From positions 7,198-71,197 of the forward strand of contig JBEPZU010000002.1 in NCBI GenBank assembly GCA_041640715.1: 64,000 bases of DNA, given 5' to 3'. Below are positions 19,474-29,645 of this stretch, one piece after another. The DNA comes from Thermoproteota archaeon (GTDB lineage: Archaea > Thermoproteota > Thermoprotei > Gearchaeales > Gearchaeaceae). A model generated the notes under the pieces. That model worked only from the letters and a program-made list of their open reading frames with translations, was not told the DNA's origin and made no database searches. A program made the position numbers and the translations under genes. Position 1 is the first letter of the stretch, and each line of letters opens with the position of its first letter.

Positions 19474-19996
19474 ATTAATAGAAAAGGCTGGCGCGGTTAA
19501 GTTCGGCGACTTCCTGTTATCTTCTTCTAAGAAGAGCAATGTCTACGTTGATCTAAGATTATTGATATCGCATCCTATAATATATCAAGAAATAGTAAAA
19601 GCAAGTCTATCAATTTTAAACAAAATAAAATTCGAAGGGATAGCAGGAATACCTACAGGAGGGTTGGTTTGGGCTTCTTTCTTAGCCTATGAATTGAAGA
19701 TGCCAATGATTTATGTCCGTAAAGAAGAAAAAGAACACGGTGCTTTGAAGTCCATAGAAGGCGATTTAGTAAAGGGTTCTACCGTGCTAATTGTTGATGA
19801 TGTTGCGACAACAGGTTCTAGCCTAAATCATGTAGCCATGAAATTAATAGAAGGAGGTTATTTTGTAAGCGATGCTTTTGTAATTGTGGATAGAGAAGAA
19901 GGTGCGAGAGAGAAACTTTTGCAAAAAGGAATAAATCTTCATTCATTAACCACATTAAGAGAGATATTAGGTGTGAAAGTTGTTGAAAGTGATTAA
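19457..19996 (+). CDS. pyrE: Orotate phosphoribosyltransferase
   Basis: KFGDFLLSS.KKSNVYVDLR, YVRKE.KEHG, IVDDVATTGSS. Confidence 0.94.
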   Translation: MIKIARLIEKAGAVKFGDFLLSSSKKSNVYVDLRLLISHPIIYQEIVKASLSILNKIKFEGIAGIPTGGLVWASFLAYELKMPMIYVRKEEKEHGALKSIEGDLVKGSTVLIVDDVATTGSSLNHVAMKLIEGGYFVSDAFVIVDREEGAREKLLQKGINLHSLTTLREILGVKVVESD

Positions 19997-20034
19997 AAAT
20001 ATAATAGTTTAAATCAAAAGTATTTTGAAGACAT

Positions 20035-20949
20035 ATGTCTTGGAAAGGTAGAGATGTTATATCTATCGATCAATTTAGTGTGGACGATTTAGAAATATTA
20101 TTTAATAAGACTGAAGAAATGATGAGAACCGGTCCTTCTAGAAAGACACTAGAAGGATATATTATAGGCAATATCTTCTTGGAATACAGTACTAGGACAA
20201 GGGTTAGCTTTGAAGTAGCAGCTAAGAAATTAGGTGCTGAAGTTGTTAACCTCATAGGGGAATATTCTTCAATAAAGAAAGGCGAAAGTCTTTTCGATAC
20301 CTTTAAGATGATGGATAGCTACACTGATTTGTTGATAATCCGTAGTCCAATCGAAGGTACTGCTCATTTTGCAGCCGAAGTATGTGAAAAGCCAATAATA
20401 AATGCAGGCGATGGTTATTTGAACCATCCTACACAGGCTATGCTGGACTTATATACGATTAAAAAACTTAAAGGTAGACTTAATAATCTAGTAGTAGGAG
20501 TTTGCGGCGATCTTAGGTATGGCAGAGCGGCGGTTTCTTTTATTTTTGGCATCTCTAAATATGCGAATAAGATTTACGGTATGTCTCCTCCCTCATTAAG
20601 CCTTAGAGAAGATGTTAAGAGAAAATTAATAGAGATGGAAGTGGATTTCACAGAAGTATATGACATATATAAGGTAATTCCAGAGCTAGATGTGCTTTAC
20701 GTTACGAGGATACAAAAGGAGCGTTTCCCAGATATAGCCGAATATGAGAAAGTTAAAGGTTCTTATAGAATAGATCTTAAAGTTCTAGAGGGAGCGAAAA
20801 AAGATTTGATAATTATGCATCCTTTTCCTCGTGTAGATGAATTAAGTTATGAAGTGGATAATACTAGCATGCAAGCGTATTTCAAGCAAGCTAAATTCGG
20901 AGTTTATGTGAGGATGGCTTTATTAGAGTTGATCCTTAAAGGATCTTAA
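20035..20949 (+). CDS. pyrB: Aspartate carbamoyltransferase catalytic subunit
   Basis: STRTRVSF, INAGDG..HPTQ, GDLRYGR, TRIQKERF, HPFPR. Confidence 0.96.
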   Translation: MSWKGRDVISIDQFSVDDLEILFNKTEEMMRTGPSRKTLEGYIIGNIFLEYSTRTRVSFEVAAKKLGAEVVNLIGEYSSIKKGESLFDTFKMMDSYTDLLIIRSPIEGTAHFAAEVCEKPIINAGDGYLNHPTQAMLDLYTIKKLKGRLNNLVVGVCGDLRYGRAAVSFIFGISKYANKIYGMSPPSLSLREDVKRKLIEMEVDFTEVYDIYKVIPELDVLYVTRIQKERFPDIAEYEKVKGSYRIDLKVLEGAKKDLIIMHPFPRVDELSYEVDNTSMQAYFKQAKFGVYVRMALLELILKGS

Positions 20950-21029
20950 TCTAGTATACAAAACTTGTATATTTTTTGATATATAAGAATTTGAAAATTT
21001 AAAAATTCTACCACAGTAAATACGGTGAA

Positions 21030-21524
21030 ATGAAAGAGATGGAAATGGAAGAGATAGAAATGAAAGTTGCTAAGATAAAAAATGGCACAGTCATAGATCA
21101 TATACCAAAGGGGCGGGCTCTTGTTGTTCTCAAGCTTCTAAATCTTGGTAAAAACTTCGATAACACTTTGACTATTGCCATAAACGTCAAGAGTAAGAAG
21201 CTAGGTGTGAAGGATATAATAAAAGTGGAGAATTTAGAGCTGGATTCTTCTTTGCTGAGTAGCTTAGCTCTTATAGCACCTACAGCTACTATAAACGTGA
21301 TAAGAAATTATAAGGTTCACGAAAAAAGCAAAATTACCCTTAAAGAATATGTAGAAGGTATTCTCAAATGTGCGAATCCTACTTGTATATCAAGACAACA
21401 GAATGAACCTATAGTCTCAAAGTTTAAAATAGTAGAAAGAAACCCTTTGAAACTACAATGTACGTATTGCTTTAGGAATTTGAGCGAAAACGAGGTCATA
21501 GAACAACTTGTTGAAGGAAAATAG
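21030..21524 (+). CDS. pyrI: Aspartate carbamoyltransferase regulatory subunit
   Basis: KIKNGTVIDHI, KDIIKVE, Zn site CANPTCIS...CTYC; start may be a few codons downstream. Confidence 0.94.
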   Translation: MKEMEMEEIEMKVAKIKNGTVIDHIPKGRALVVLKLLNLGKNFDNTLTIAINVKSKKLGVKDIIKVENLELDSSLLSSLALIAPTATINVIRNYKVHEKSKITLKEYVEGILKCANPTCISRQQNEPIVSKFKIVERNPLKLQCTYCFRNLSENEVIEQLVEGK

Positions 21525-22731
21525 AGAAATACAATTAATAGGCAAATCGATAGTAGGATCTGAATTGGTAGAATGTGCCATCTTAATAAAGGACGAAAGG
21601 ATTGAACGGGTATCAAAGCTTGAACATTCTAACGTAAAAACGCTTAGATTTGGGCAGGGTTATTTGATCATCCCAGCTATGATAGATTTACATGTTCATT
21701 TCAGAGACTGGGATCAATCATACAAAGAAACGATAGAAAGCGCTTCGATGGCAGCTTTAGCAGGCGGTGTGACTACAGTCCTAGATATGCCCAATACCTT
21801 GCCTCCTGTAAACAATCTAGAAAGAATTATCAAGCGTTATGAAGACTTCAAAAAGAAAGCATTGGTAGACTTTGGATTACATTCGAAACTTATTCCTATT
21901 GAAGATTTAAATGAAGCCAGGAAATTGATTTTTGGTTTTAAATTCTACGAGGAAGATTTATCTTCTCTAAAAGATCACCTAGGTAATTTAAAAAAGGATA
22001 ATCTAGTTTTTCATGCTCAATTTGGTGAAGATGAAGTAAGTGCTGTTGAGTTTATCTTGAATAATTCTAGAGAATTAAGAAACGTGAGGTTTGCCCATGT
22101 TTCTAGGAAAGAATCTATAATTAAAATAGAAGAATTTCGTAGAAGTTCTACTAACAATGTCTTTATAGAAGTTACTCCTCACCATGCTTTTTTATCGCGG
22201 AAAGATCTAGAAGGGAAACCAATAGGTTACAGGACCGTAAGACCACCATTAGCAAATAGAGAAGATAACATAGCGATAATAGAAGCGATAAACTCTGGTA
22301 TAGTAGATTTCATTGCTACAGATCATGCACCCCATAGCTTAGAAGAAAAGCTTAGTCAAAATCCTCCACCCGGGTTCTCTTCATTAGAATTAGTAATACC
22401 TGTATTCTTCACTTTTTCTCTCAAAGGTATAATTGATCTTAATAGATTGATTAGATGCATCAGTTATAACCCATCAAAGTATCTAAGGATAAAGAAGGGA
22501 TTGATAGAAGAAGGGTATTATGCAGACATAACGGTCATAGATACTAAAAGGACTTTTAAAGTAAATCCTTCTGAGTTAATAAGCATGTCTAAATTCACCG
22601 TCTTCGAGAATTTCGAGCTTTCGTGTAAACCTGTATTAACAATGCTTAGGGGTAAGATAGTTTACTCTGAAGGGGATTTCGATCTAAAGGGCATAAGCGC
22701 TAAGAGTATACATGAGCTTAGATCCGCATAG
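21508..22731 (+). CDS. pyrC: Dihydroorotase
   Basis: IDLHVHFRD, GGVTTVLDMPNT.P, EVTPHH, VRPPL, ATDHAPH; last gene of the pyr cluster. Confidence 0.9.
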   Translation: MLKENREIQLIGKSIVGSELVECAILIKDERIERVSKLEHSNVKTLRFGQGYLIIPAMIDLHVHFRDWDQSYKETIESASMAALAGGVTTVLDMPNTLPPVNNLERIIKRYEDFKKKALVDFGLHSKLIPIEDLNEARKLIFGFKFYEEDLSSLKDHLGNLKKDNLVFHAQFGEDEVSAVEFILNNSRELRNVRFAHVSRKESIIKIEEFRRSSTNNVFIEVTPHHAFLSRKDLEGKPIGYRTVRPPLANREDNIAIIEAINSGIVDFIATDHAPHSLEEKLSQNPPPGFSSLELVIPVFFTFSLKGIIDLNRLIRCISYNPSKYLRIKKGLIEEGYYADITVIDTKRTFKVNPSELISMSKFTVFENFELSCKPVLTMLRGKIVYSEGDFDLKGISAKSIHELRSA

Positions 22732-22778
22732 GCAAATAGTTTTTATATAAGCTTTTCTAATAATGATTCCTTGATTAA

Positions 22779-23735
22779 ATGGAAGAGGTCGTCGTAACTA
22801 AAAACCTTTCGAGATATTTTGGCAACATCGTTGCATTAGATAACGTAAACATAACTATTAAGAAAAACGAGATTTTCGGTTTATTAGGTCCGAATGGATC
22901 TGGTAAGTCTACTTTGATTAAGATATTATCTACTCTATTGCTTCCGAGCTCTGGAGAAGCTTACGTCTTTGGTTATGACGTGAAAAAGGATTACGCTAAA
23001 ATTAGGAAGTTAATAAACATTGTATCAGGAGACGAAAGACCAGGCTATGGGGTTCTCAAAGTCAAAGAGAATCTATGGTTCTTTTCGCAATTATATGGTT
23101 ATGGCATCAAAGAAGGGTGGAAGGTCGTCTATTCTTTAATAGAAGAGCTGAAAATGCAGGATTTTGCGGATAGGAAGCTTAATAGGGTATCTTCGGGAAT
23201 GTTCCAAAAATACAACATAGCCAGGGGCATATTGAATTCGCCCAAACTTTTGTTCTTAGACGAACCCACTGTTGGTTTAGATGTTGAAATTTCAAGAGAA
23301 ATAAGGGATTATATAAAAAACTGGGTGAGAAAAGATTCTGAGCGCACGGTTCTTTTAACCACGCATTATATGCTTGAAGCACAAGAAATGTGTGATAGGG
23401 TTGCTATTATTCATAAGGGTAAAATTATCAAAGTGGATACTGTAGAAAATCTCTTAAGAATCGTGAGGAATGAGCACATCTTCGACCTAAAGATTTCTAC
23501 TATGAGTAATAAAGAGTTTGAGGAGGTCAAAAAAATAAAGGGCATTAAAGCTATTTCTCTTGATAACGATGAATCTGGAGCGTTTAGACTTAGACTAGTT
23601 TTAGAAGAAGAATCTCCTATCGCGGATGTATTAAGCAAACTTAAAGAAGATAATGTTAAAGTTTTCGCTCTAAGTAAAGAGGAACCTACTCTAGAAGATG
23701 TCTTTCTCTATTTAGTAGGCAGTAAATTAAAATGA
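22779..23735 (+). CDS. ABC-2 exporter ATP-binding subunit
   Basis: GPNGSGKST, VSSGM signature, LFLDEPT, LLTTHY. Confidence 0.93.
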   Translation: MEEVVVTKNLSRYFGNIVALDNVNITIKKNEIFGLLGPNGSGKSTLIKILSTLLLPSSGEAYVFGYDVKKDYAKIRKLINIVSGDERPGYGVLKVKENLWFFSQLYGYGIKEGWKVVYSLIEELKMQDFADRKLNRVSSGMFQKYNIARGILNSPKLLFLDEPTVGLDVEISREIRDYIKNWVRKDSERTVLLTTHYMLEAQEMCDRVAIIHKGKIIKVDTVENLLRIVRNEHIFDLKISTMSNKEFEEVKKIKGIKAISLDNDESGAFRLRLVLEEESPIADVLSKLKEDNVKVFALSKEEPTLEDVFLYLVGSKLK

Positions 23736-24532
23736 TAAAAGAAGTATTCAAAGTTGCTTATGCGAGAGCATATGTGAGGATAAAAGGAGCGAACAGAGAT
23801 GTAACACATTTTATAATAGAAGTATTTCTTCCGTTACTAGGCATTTCAGCTATTCTCTTCGCTTATAAAGCCTTGAATGCTCCTAATGAATTTTTAGCGA
23901 TCGCTTCAATAGGGGGCGCGATGATAGCGTTTTGGTTTAACGTACTTTGGAGCATGGCGGCTCAGTTTTATTGGGAAAGAGAAACTGGAAACTTGCCTTT
24001 ATATGTTGCTAGCGGAGTTCCTATGACAGGTGTGCTCTTAGGCATGGCTATTGGAGGTGCATTCAACATGACCTTGAGAGCATTAGGAGTTTTGTTAGCT
24101 ACTGTTTTTCTTTTTAACATTAAACTTCATGTTTCGCAAGCGGTCCCAGCTTTCTTGGTATTTATATTAACACTAGCAGCTCTGTATTCACTAGGGATGG
24201 TTTTCGCATCATCCTTCCTTAGGTTCGGAAGAACTGTTAGCAAAATTAACGAATTATTAGGAGAGCCTATTTTGTTTCTATCTGGCGTTTATTTCCCTAT
24301 AAGGTTATTTCCTTTTGTTTTGCAGGTAATAGTTTCGTTAATACCTTTAGCTTTAGGTTTAGAAGCAGTGCGTAGATTATTAGTGTATGGTTCGGATATT
24401 TATTCTGTATTATGGGCGATAATAGTTCTGCTTATCCTAAGCTTTTCCTTCTTCGTTATCGCTGTTAAATTACTTAGATATATGGAAGAACAGGGAAGAA
24501 AAACAGGAACGCTAACATTGAAATGGGAATGA
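23732..24532 (+). CDS. ABC-2 type permease
   Basis: 6 TM, WERETGNL, LSGVYFP, IPLALGLEAVR; ATGA overlap with the ATPase. Confidence 0.88.
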   Translation: MIKEVFKVAYARAYVRIKGANRDVTHFIIEVFLPLLGISAILFAYKALNAPNEFLAIASIGGAMIAFWFNVLWSMAAQFYWERETGNLPLYVASGVPMTGVLLGMAIGGAFNMTLRALGVLLATVFLFNIKLHVSQAVPAFLVFILTLAALYSLGMVFASSFLRFGRTVSKINELLGEPILFLSGVYFPIRLFPFVLQVIVSLIPLALGLEAVRRLLVYGSDIYSVLWAIIVLLILSFSFFVIAVKLLRYMEEQGRKTGTLTLKWE

Positions 24533-25344
24533 ATAATCTATTAGCTAAATTAAGAGCACTAACGTGGTTATCCTATCAAATAGAAGCTAACTGGACTAAG
24601 TTTTATTTATACTTGCTATATATCATGGTAAGGCCCATTTCTACACTCTTGCTTATATTATTCATAGTAATAGCTGTAAGACCGAATCCAGATTTGGCTT
24701 ATTTCATCCTAGTGGGTCAAGCGTTTTATAACTTCGTAGGAAGCGGAATAATGGGCGTAGCTTATCCCATATGGGATGATAGGGAACATTATCGTTCTTT
24801 AAAACACATATATATCTCTCCTACTCCAATTCCAATTTATCTAATAGGAAGAGGGATTTACAAGTTCATAGAAGGCTTACTCCCTTTACTTTTATCTTTT
24901 ATTGTAGGTGCCGCTATACTAAATTATCCTTTACACACGCTTTCTCCCAATATATTTTTATTGGCGTTAAACTTTTTCCTAGGAATTGTTTGGATAATAG
25001 CTTTAGGCTTGATCATAGCTTCTTTTCTCTTATTCACTACCCATTATGGTTGGGCTGTCGTGGAAGGCATTATAGCTTCTTTGTTATTATTTGGCAATGT
25101 AATATTTCCTTCATATCTATTGCCTTATCCTTTCAACGTGATAGCTGATTATCTACCCATAAAATATTGGATGGATTTGAACAGAGTTGCAATCAAAGGC
25201 TTAGGTATTGAATTAGTAATAGGCGACTTGTTGATCTTAATTTTGCTCACCGTAGCATATCTCGTTCTAGCATTAGTCTTAATAAGGGTTGTAGATAAAA
25301 TAGCTAGAAACAAAGGTCTTATAGATATAACTACTGCACACTAA
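24529..25344 (+). CDS. ABC-2 type permease (second)
   Basis: 6 TM, WDDRE, GNVIFP..LP, LPIKYWMD; ATGA overlap (alternative start 24523). Confidence 0.86.
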   Translation: MNNLLAKLRALTWLSYQIEANWTKFYLYLLYIMVRPISTLLLILFIVIAVRPNPDLAYFILVGQAFYNFVGSGIMGVAYPIWDDREHYRSLKHIYISPTPIPIYLIGRGIYKFIEGLLPLLLSFIVGAAILNYPLHTLSPNIFLLALNFFLGIVWIIALGLIIASFLLFTTHYGWAVVEGIIASLLLFGNVIFPSYLLPYPFNVIADYLPIKYWMDLNRVAIKGLGIELVIGDLLILILLTVAYLVLALVLIRVVDKIARNKGLIDITTAH

Positions 25345-26252
25345 TAGATGAACTCATCGCTTAGTTTGAGATTTTTAGACATTGCGAAATATACGTCTTT
25401 TAGATTCCTTTCTTTGGCTGATTTGTAACTAAACACTTGCGCATAGATAGAACCCAAGAGATAGCTAAACGGACTCTTAGGACCAAACTTAAAATATTCA
25501 ACATAAGCTATCTTATCCTTTAGATTGTCATTTATGAATTTCGCTCTATGATCTTCGTCCCCTAAAATTATCAAAGAATCCTTTTCTTCTAAGCTAAAAA
25601 TGTCTACATGCATGAATTGCTCGCATCTTTCGGTTATTACTTTGGCTCCTAGGAATTCCACCAACTTTGCTTTCCAGTATAAGGTTAGAGGATAATAGCC
25701 AGGAGTAGAAATTATGAAGAAATTTTCACTACGGCTAGGAATTAATTCTTCAAATAACTTCTCTATTAAATCCTCTTTTAAATCATCTAGATTTAACTCT
25801 AGTGCGAATATAGAGTAAAGAGCCACCAAATTTTTAGTGAAACTTAAGGTGCCCGGCAATATTGTACTTTCTTCATAATTTGTTACTACAGCAAAGTCTG
25901 CTAAATCTGATAGTTTATTCTTCTTGTTACCAGTTAATGCTATTATTCTTATGCCTTTTTTCTTAGCTTTCTCGGCAAGAATCAAGTTAGCTCTTGTCTT
26001 TCCCGAAACTGAAATTATTATTAGTGTTTTTATATCACTCAAGTTCATGCTTAACTCATAAGGGTCAAAGGCTTTTGCATTGGTCAGTTCAGATAACAAT
26101 AGAGCAGCAGCATATGAATCACCACAACCAGTAAGGATGACTTCCTTAGGATCTATTATACCCCAATATTTTTTCTTAAATTCTTCATATAATGCCTTCA
26201 ATTCCTTTGCCTGAGCTTTTATTTCTTTGTAAATTAATTCTAATCTATTCAT
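25341..26252 (-). CDS. SIS-domain sugar isomerase / phosphosugar-binding protein
   Basis: LTGCGDSYAA, ISVSGKT, IALTGN..L..LAD, E.FMH; ATGA overlap with rbkR. Confidence 0.82.
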   Translation of the reverse strand: MNRLELIYKEIKAQAKELKALYEEFKKKYWGIIDPKEVILTGCGDSYAAALLLSELTNAKAFDPYELSMNLSDIKTLIIISVSGKTRANLILAEKAKKKGIRIIALTGNKKNKLSDLADFAVVTNYEESTILPGTLSFTKNLVALYSIFALELNLDDLKEDLIEKLFEELIPSRSENFFIISTPGYYPLTLYWKAKLVEFLGAKVITERCEQFMHVDIFSLEEKDSLIILGDEDHRAKFINDNLKDKIAYVEYFKFGPKSPFSYLLGSIYAQVFSYKSAKERNLKDVYFAMSKNLKLSDEFIY

Positions 26253-26905
26253 GATCTTATGAGATCAATTTCTACTATATCACCATCTTTCAATCCTAAT
26301 TCTTTCCTTAAGTGATAAGGGCTTATTACTTCCACTACGCTCGAATCATAGTGAGTTCTTTCTAGTGTTATTAAACAACCTTCATACTTACCTTGAATTA
26401 TCGCAGGAAAACATTTAACCCATCCATAGCTTCTATATTTGGTCCTTATGCCAGGTATGAAAATGCATGGTAAAACTTCTATTACTGCCCTATCTTTAGG
26501 TTCTATTAATTTCAAATTCAAGGTGCCTGGAAAAGGTTTAAAATTCAACTTCTCAATAAATTGTTTTTGATAATATTTTCTCGTCACATAATAAGCTCCT
26601 TCCTTCAAACCCGTGAAGACTTTACCTATTACTTTCATATATGAGACCTCTTCGAAATTCTTCCTTAATAATGCATATATTTCTTCGAAAAACTTCCTCC
26701 CTTCCTTAGTCAAGATTAATGTTTGACCTTTTGAATCTATTATTCGTTTTAATAAATTCTCTTTCTCAAGTTCTATTAAATGTCGAGAAACATTTTGTTG
26801 GCTCATACTTAAAAAACTTGCTAACTTATTCGTGGATATTTTCAATTGACCTTTGAGTATGCCTAATTTAGCCAACTGGATTAATGTCAAATGGTATACT
26901 TTCAT
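26249..26905 (-). CDS. ribK: CTP-dependent riboflavin kinase with N-terminal wHTH (RbkR-type kinase/regulator)
   Basis: HTH LASFLSMSQQNVSRHL..LEKE; kinase G.VFTGLKEGAYY, PFPGTLNL, RTHY..VVEVISP..LR..L.DGD.V. Confidence 0.92.
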   Translation of the reverse strand: MKVYHLTLIQLAKLGILKGQLKISTNKLASFLSMSQQNVSRHLIELEKENLLKRIIDSKGQTLILTKEGRKFFEEIYALLRKNFEEVSYMKVIGKVFTGLKEGAYYVTRKYYQKQFIEKLNFKPFPGTLNLKLIEPKDRAVIEVLPCIFIPGIRTKYRSYGWVKCFPAIIQGKYEGCLITLERTHYDSSVVEVISPYHLRKELGLKDGDIVEIDLIRS

Positions 26906-26957
26906 TACTTATTTTTTTGTAACTACTTATTTATATTATTGACTTAGTAAAAAAAAT

Positions 26958-27611
26958 ATGCGTAGCATTCAAATAGCTCTTACAGCTGTTTTGGCAGCCA
27001 TAATGTTCACTATAACTACATTTATATCTGGAATATTATCCTACCCTCTATTACCATATTTGAAATTCGATCCCGCAGAGATCATAGTAGTACTTGCATT
27101 ATTCTTATTTGGTCCTGCTGTAGCTTTTCCCTTAGCAGCTTTGCACTTCATACTCCTACATTTTCCTTCAACTCAATTCCCCATAATAGGACCTGGCATG
27201 AAGTTCTTGGCCGTAATAACTACTCTAGTTGGGTCATATTTAGCGTTTAAATTGTCAAAGAGCAATAGTCTGAAGATAAGATTGGTCTATGCTATAGGAG
27301 CTTCTTTGATATTAAGGACTGTGGTTATGACCCTTGCTAATTATGCAGTATTAACTACAATCTTTGCTCCCTTCTTGGATGGTCTTTTCAAAACAATACC
27401 TCAAATCACTGGGCTAACTGCTTCAGATTTCACAGGGAAATTGACTTTAATTTTGATTCTCACAGCTTTCTATAACGTCGTGCATGTCTTTATAACCATC
27501 CTGCCTGCGTTTTGGGTAGCAATGTTACCTACATTACCTAAGTTGATATCGCCTATAAGTAATCATTGGCTTATATCTCTATTGAGAAGCGGTGAAAAAA
27601 GAATTAGATAA
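26958..27611 (+). CDS. ECF S component, RibU (riboflavin)-like
   Basis: PLLPYLKFDPAEI...LFGP..A; 6 TM; divergent from rbkR across 52 bp. Confidence 0.72.
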   Translation: MRSIQIALTAVLAAIMFTITTFISGILSYPLLPYLKFDPAEIIVVLALFLFGPAVAFPLAALHFILLHFPSTQFPIIGPGMKFLAVITTLVGSYLAFKLSKSNSLKIRLVYAIGASLILRTVVMTLANYAVLTTIFAPFLDGLFKTIPQITGLTASDFTGKLTLILILTAFYNVVHVFITILPAFWVAMLPTLPKLISPISNHWLISLLRSGEKRIR

Positions 27612-27909
27612 AGAATACATTAAAAATCTGATAATACAAGGTAAAACTGAAGAAGCCATAGCAATCCTCTCAGAATACTATGGCATTGATCCTCCTAAAA
27701 TAAATGTAGGAATGCCCAAGGGCAAGCATTTTGCACTGGCTTTATACGATCCTTCTAAAAACACAATATTCTTCAAAAAAGGAGAATACATATATAATCC
27801 TTTTATAGTGCTACATGAATTCTACCATGCAATTAGGTTTTTCATGGGAAAGCATAGGGGTAATGAAAGAAAAGCAAACGAGTTTGCAATGAGGTTTTTA
27901 GAGAAGTAA
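27592..27909 (+). CDS. Small HExxH zinc-metalloprotease-like protein
   Basis: VLHEFYHA followed by E..ANEFA (zincin/ImmA-like minimal core), 105 aa. Confidence 0.65.
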   Translation: MKKELDKEYIKNLIIQGKTEEAIAILSEYYGIDPPKINVGMPKGKHFALALYDPSKNTIFFKKGEYIYNPFIVLHEFYHAIRFFMGKHRGNERKANEFAMRFLEK

Positions 27910-27951
27910 TTACGTTAAGCTTTTTTTTATTTAAATGTTTTCTTATTCTAG

Positions 27952-29223
27952 GTGAAATACGAAATAATAGTTATAGGAGGAGGGCCTGCAGGAGCTTTTA
28001 GCTCGGCTTTATTAGCCAAAGCAGGTCATAAGGTATTATTGATAGAAGCAGGTTCTTATAAGAGATACAAGGTTTGTTCTGGTGGTACTCCTCAGAGATC
28101 AGTGAAGCTTTTATCTGAAATAGGAAATCCGCAACAAGCGGTTTCACGAGAGATAAAAGGTGTAAATATATTCATAGAAGATATTGAGAAGATATCTACG
28201 AGAAAAGAAGAGACAATAGCTTACTCTTATTATAGAAGTGAGCTAGATCAATGGATAAGAGATAGAGCCAGCGATTTTGGCACCGAAGTGTTTTATAACA
28301 CAGTAGCTAGAAAGATAACTATAGATAAGGAGAAGGTAAGCGTCAAGTGTGATCAAAAGGGCTTGATTAAAACCTTCGAGGGAGATTTCTTAATAGGTGC
28401 CTTCGGTATAAAACCTGATCTTCTATATCAATTAGGCTTAGAAACCACTGAATACTTATTTTCAGTCCAAAGCGAATTTGTAGGAGACATCTCTAGTTTA
28501 GATGAAGAAATTATTTCTTCCTTCAATTTTTTGATACATCCTGATTTCTCGACTTATAGCTATGGCTGGATTTTCCCTAAAAGAGAAGGTCTATCTATAG
28601 GAATAACAGACCGTTTGGAAGGAAGCGTTGTTATGAAAAGGTTTAAACTTATGCTAGAGAAACATCCTATAGTATCAAAACAAATAAAGGGAATGAAAAC
28701 ACTCCCAGTGTATAATCGGGAGGTTTTGGCTCACTTGAACCCTAATAGACCTTTGAGGAAAACCTATGGAAATAGATTCGTAGTTGTAGGTGATGCTGCT
28801 GGTTTTGCAGACCCTATTACATGGGAGGGTATATATTTTGCTCTTAAAAGCGGGGAGATAGCTGCTAAGACTTTCATTGATTTATATGACATAGGAGATT
28901 TCAAAGAAAAGTCTACCGTTCTTTATGAAAAGAGATGGAAGAAGGAGATCGGTAAGATTTTTGATATAGAATGGGCTGTGAAAGAACTACTTTGGGGTAA
29001 AGATTTAACTGAAAGATGGCTTACCATAATAAGATTTTTCAAAAAGAAAACACATTTATATGATCTATTAAAAGATGAGTTAGCATATAGTATGTCTATA
29101 GCTCCAGTAATAAGAAAAATGTCATTTATAGAAAAAATAAATATAGGTTTCAAATTAAAAGGTTATAAACTCTTAAAAAATCCAATTAATTTTATAAATG
29201 TATTTAGAACTTTGTTGGCATAA
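27952..29223 (+). CDS. Geranylgeranyl reductase family FAD oxidoreductase
   Basis: GGGPAG, KVCSGG, YGWIFP, VGDAAGFADPITWEGI..A..SG..AA. Confidence 0.85.
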   Translation: MKYEIIVIGGGPAGAFSSALLAKAGHKVLLIEAGSYKRYKVCSGGTPQRSVKLLSEIGNPQQAVSREIKGVNIFIEDIEKISTRKEETIAYSYYRSELDQWIRDRASDFGTEVFYNTVARKITIDKEKVSVKCDQKGLIKTFEGDFLIGAFGIKPDLLYQLGLETTEYLFSVQSEFVGDISSLDEEIISSFNFLIHPDFSTYSYGWIFPKREGLSIGITDRLEGSVVMKRFKLMLEKHPIVSKQIKGMKTLPVYNREVLAHLNPNRPLRKTYGNRFVVVGDAAGFADPITWEGIYFALKSGEIAAKTFIDLYDIGDFKEKSTVLYEKRWKKEIGKIFDIEWAVKELLWGKDLTERWLTIIRFFKKKTHLYDLLKDELAYSMSIAPVIRKMSFIEKINIGFKLKGYKLLKNPINFINVFRTLLA

Positions 29224-29231
29224 AAAAAGTA

Positions 29232-29645
29232 TTAAGGATATGCTACAGTTAAGGTAATGCTAGAGTTAGGTTTTCCTGCTATAATTATATGTAATACATA
29301 AGTTCCTGCAGTTAAATTAACTGTAATGCTATCTCCTACGCTCGGATTTAGTCTAGACCAAGTAAATACTTCATGAGGTCTATCTTTCTTGTAAAAAATT
29401 ATCTTCGCGAATTTCACAGTTCCAGTCAAATCTGTTATCGTGAAAACCCATTGACCGGCACTTTCATTTAAGAACAAAGTTTTATTATGTGCGGATCTTT
29501 TATCAGGCGGTATCTGCAAGGTTATTTGCTTAGTTTTTGCAGGCTGTGCTTGTGTTATGTCGAGAAGAGGTATTGATAATGCATATCCTGCCACCACAAT
29601 TGCTAGCAGTGCGGTTGCAATTATTAGCAGTATTTTCTTGTTCAT
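29232..29645 (-). CDS. Putative surface/secreted glycoprotein (signal anchor plus beta-sandwich, PPC-like)
   Basis: MNKK plus hydrophobic helix; VNLTAGTYVLHI; sequons NKT, NES, NLT, NSS. Start set at 29645 by analogy with the duplicate (ORF track start 29669). Confidence 0.7.
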   Translation of the reverse strand: MNKKILLIIATALLAIVVAGYALSIPLLDITQAQPAKTKQITLQIPPDKRSAHNKTLFLNESAGQWVFTITDLTGTVKFAKIIFYKKDRPHEVFTWSRLNPSVGDSITVNLTAGTYVLHIIIAGKPNSSITLTVAYP

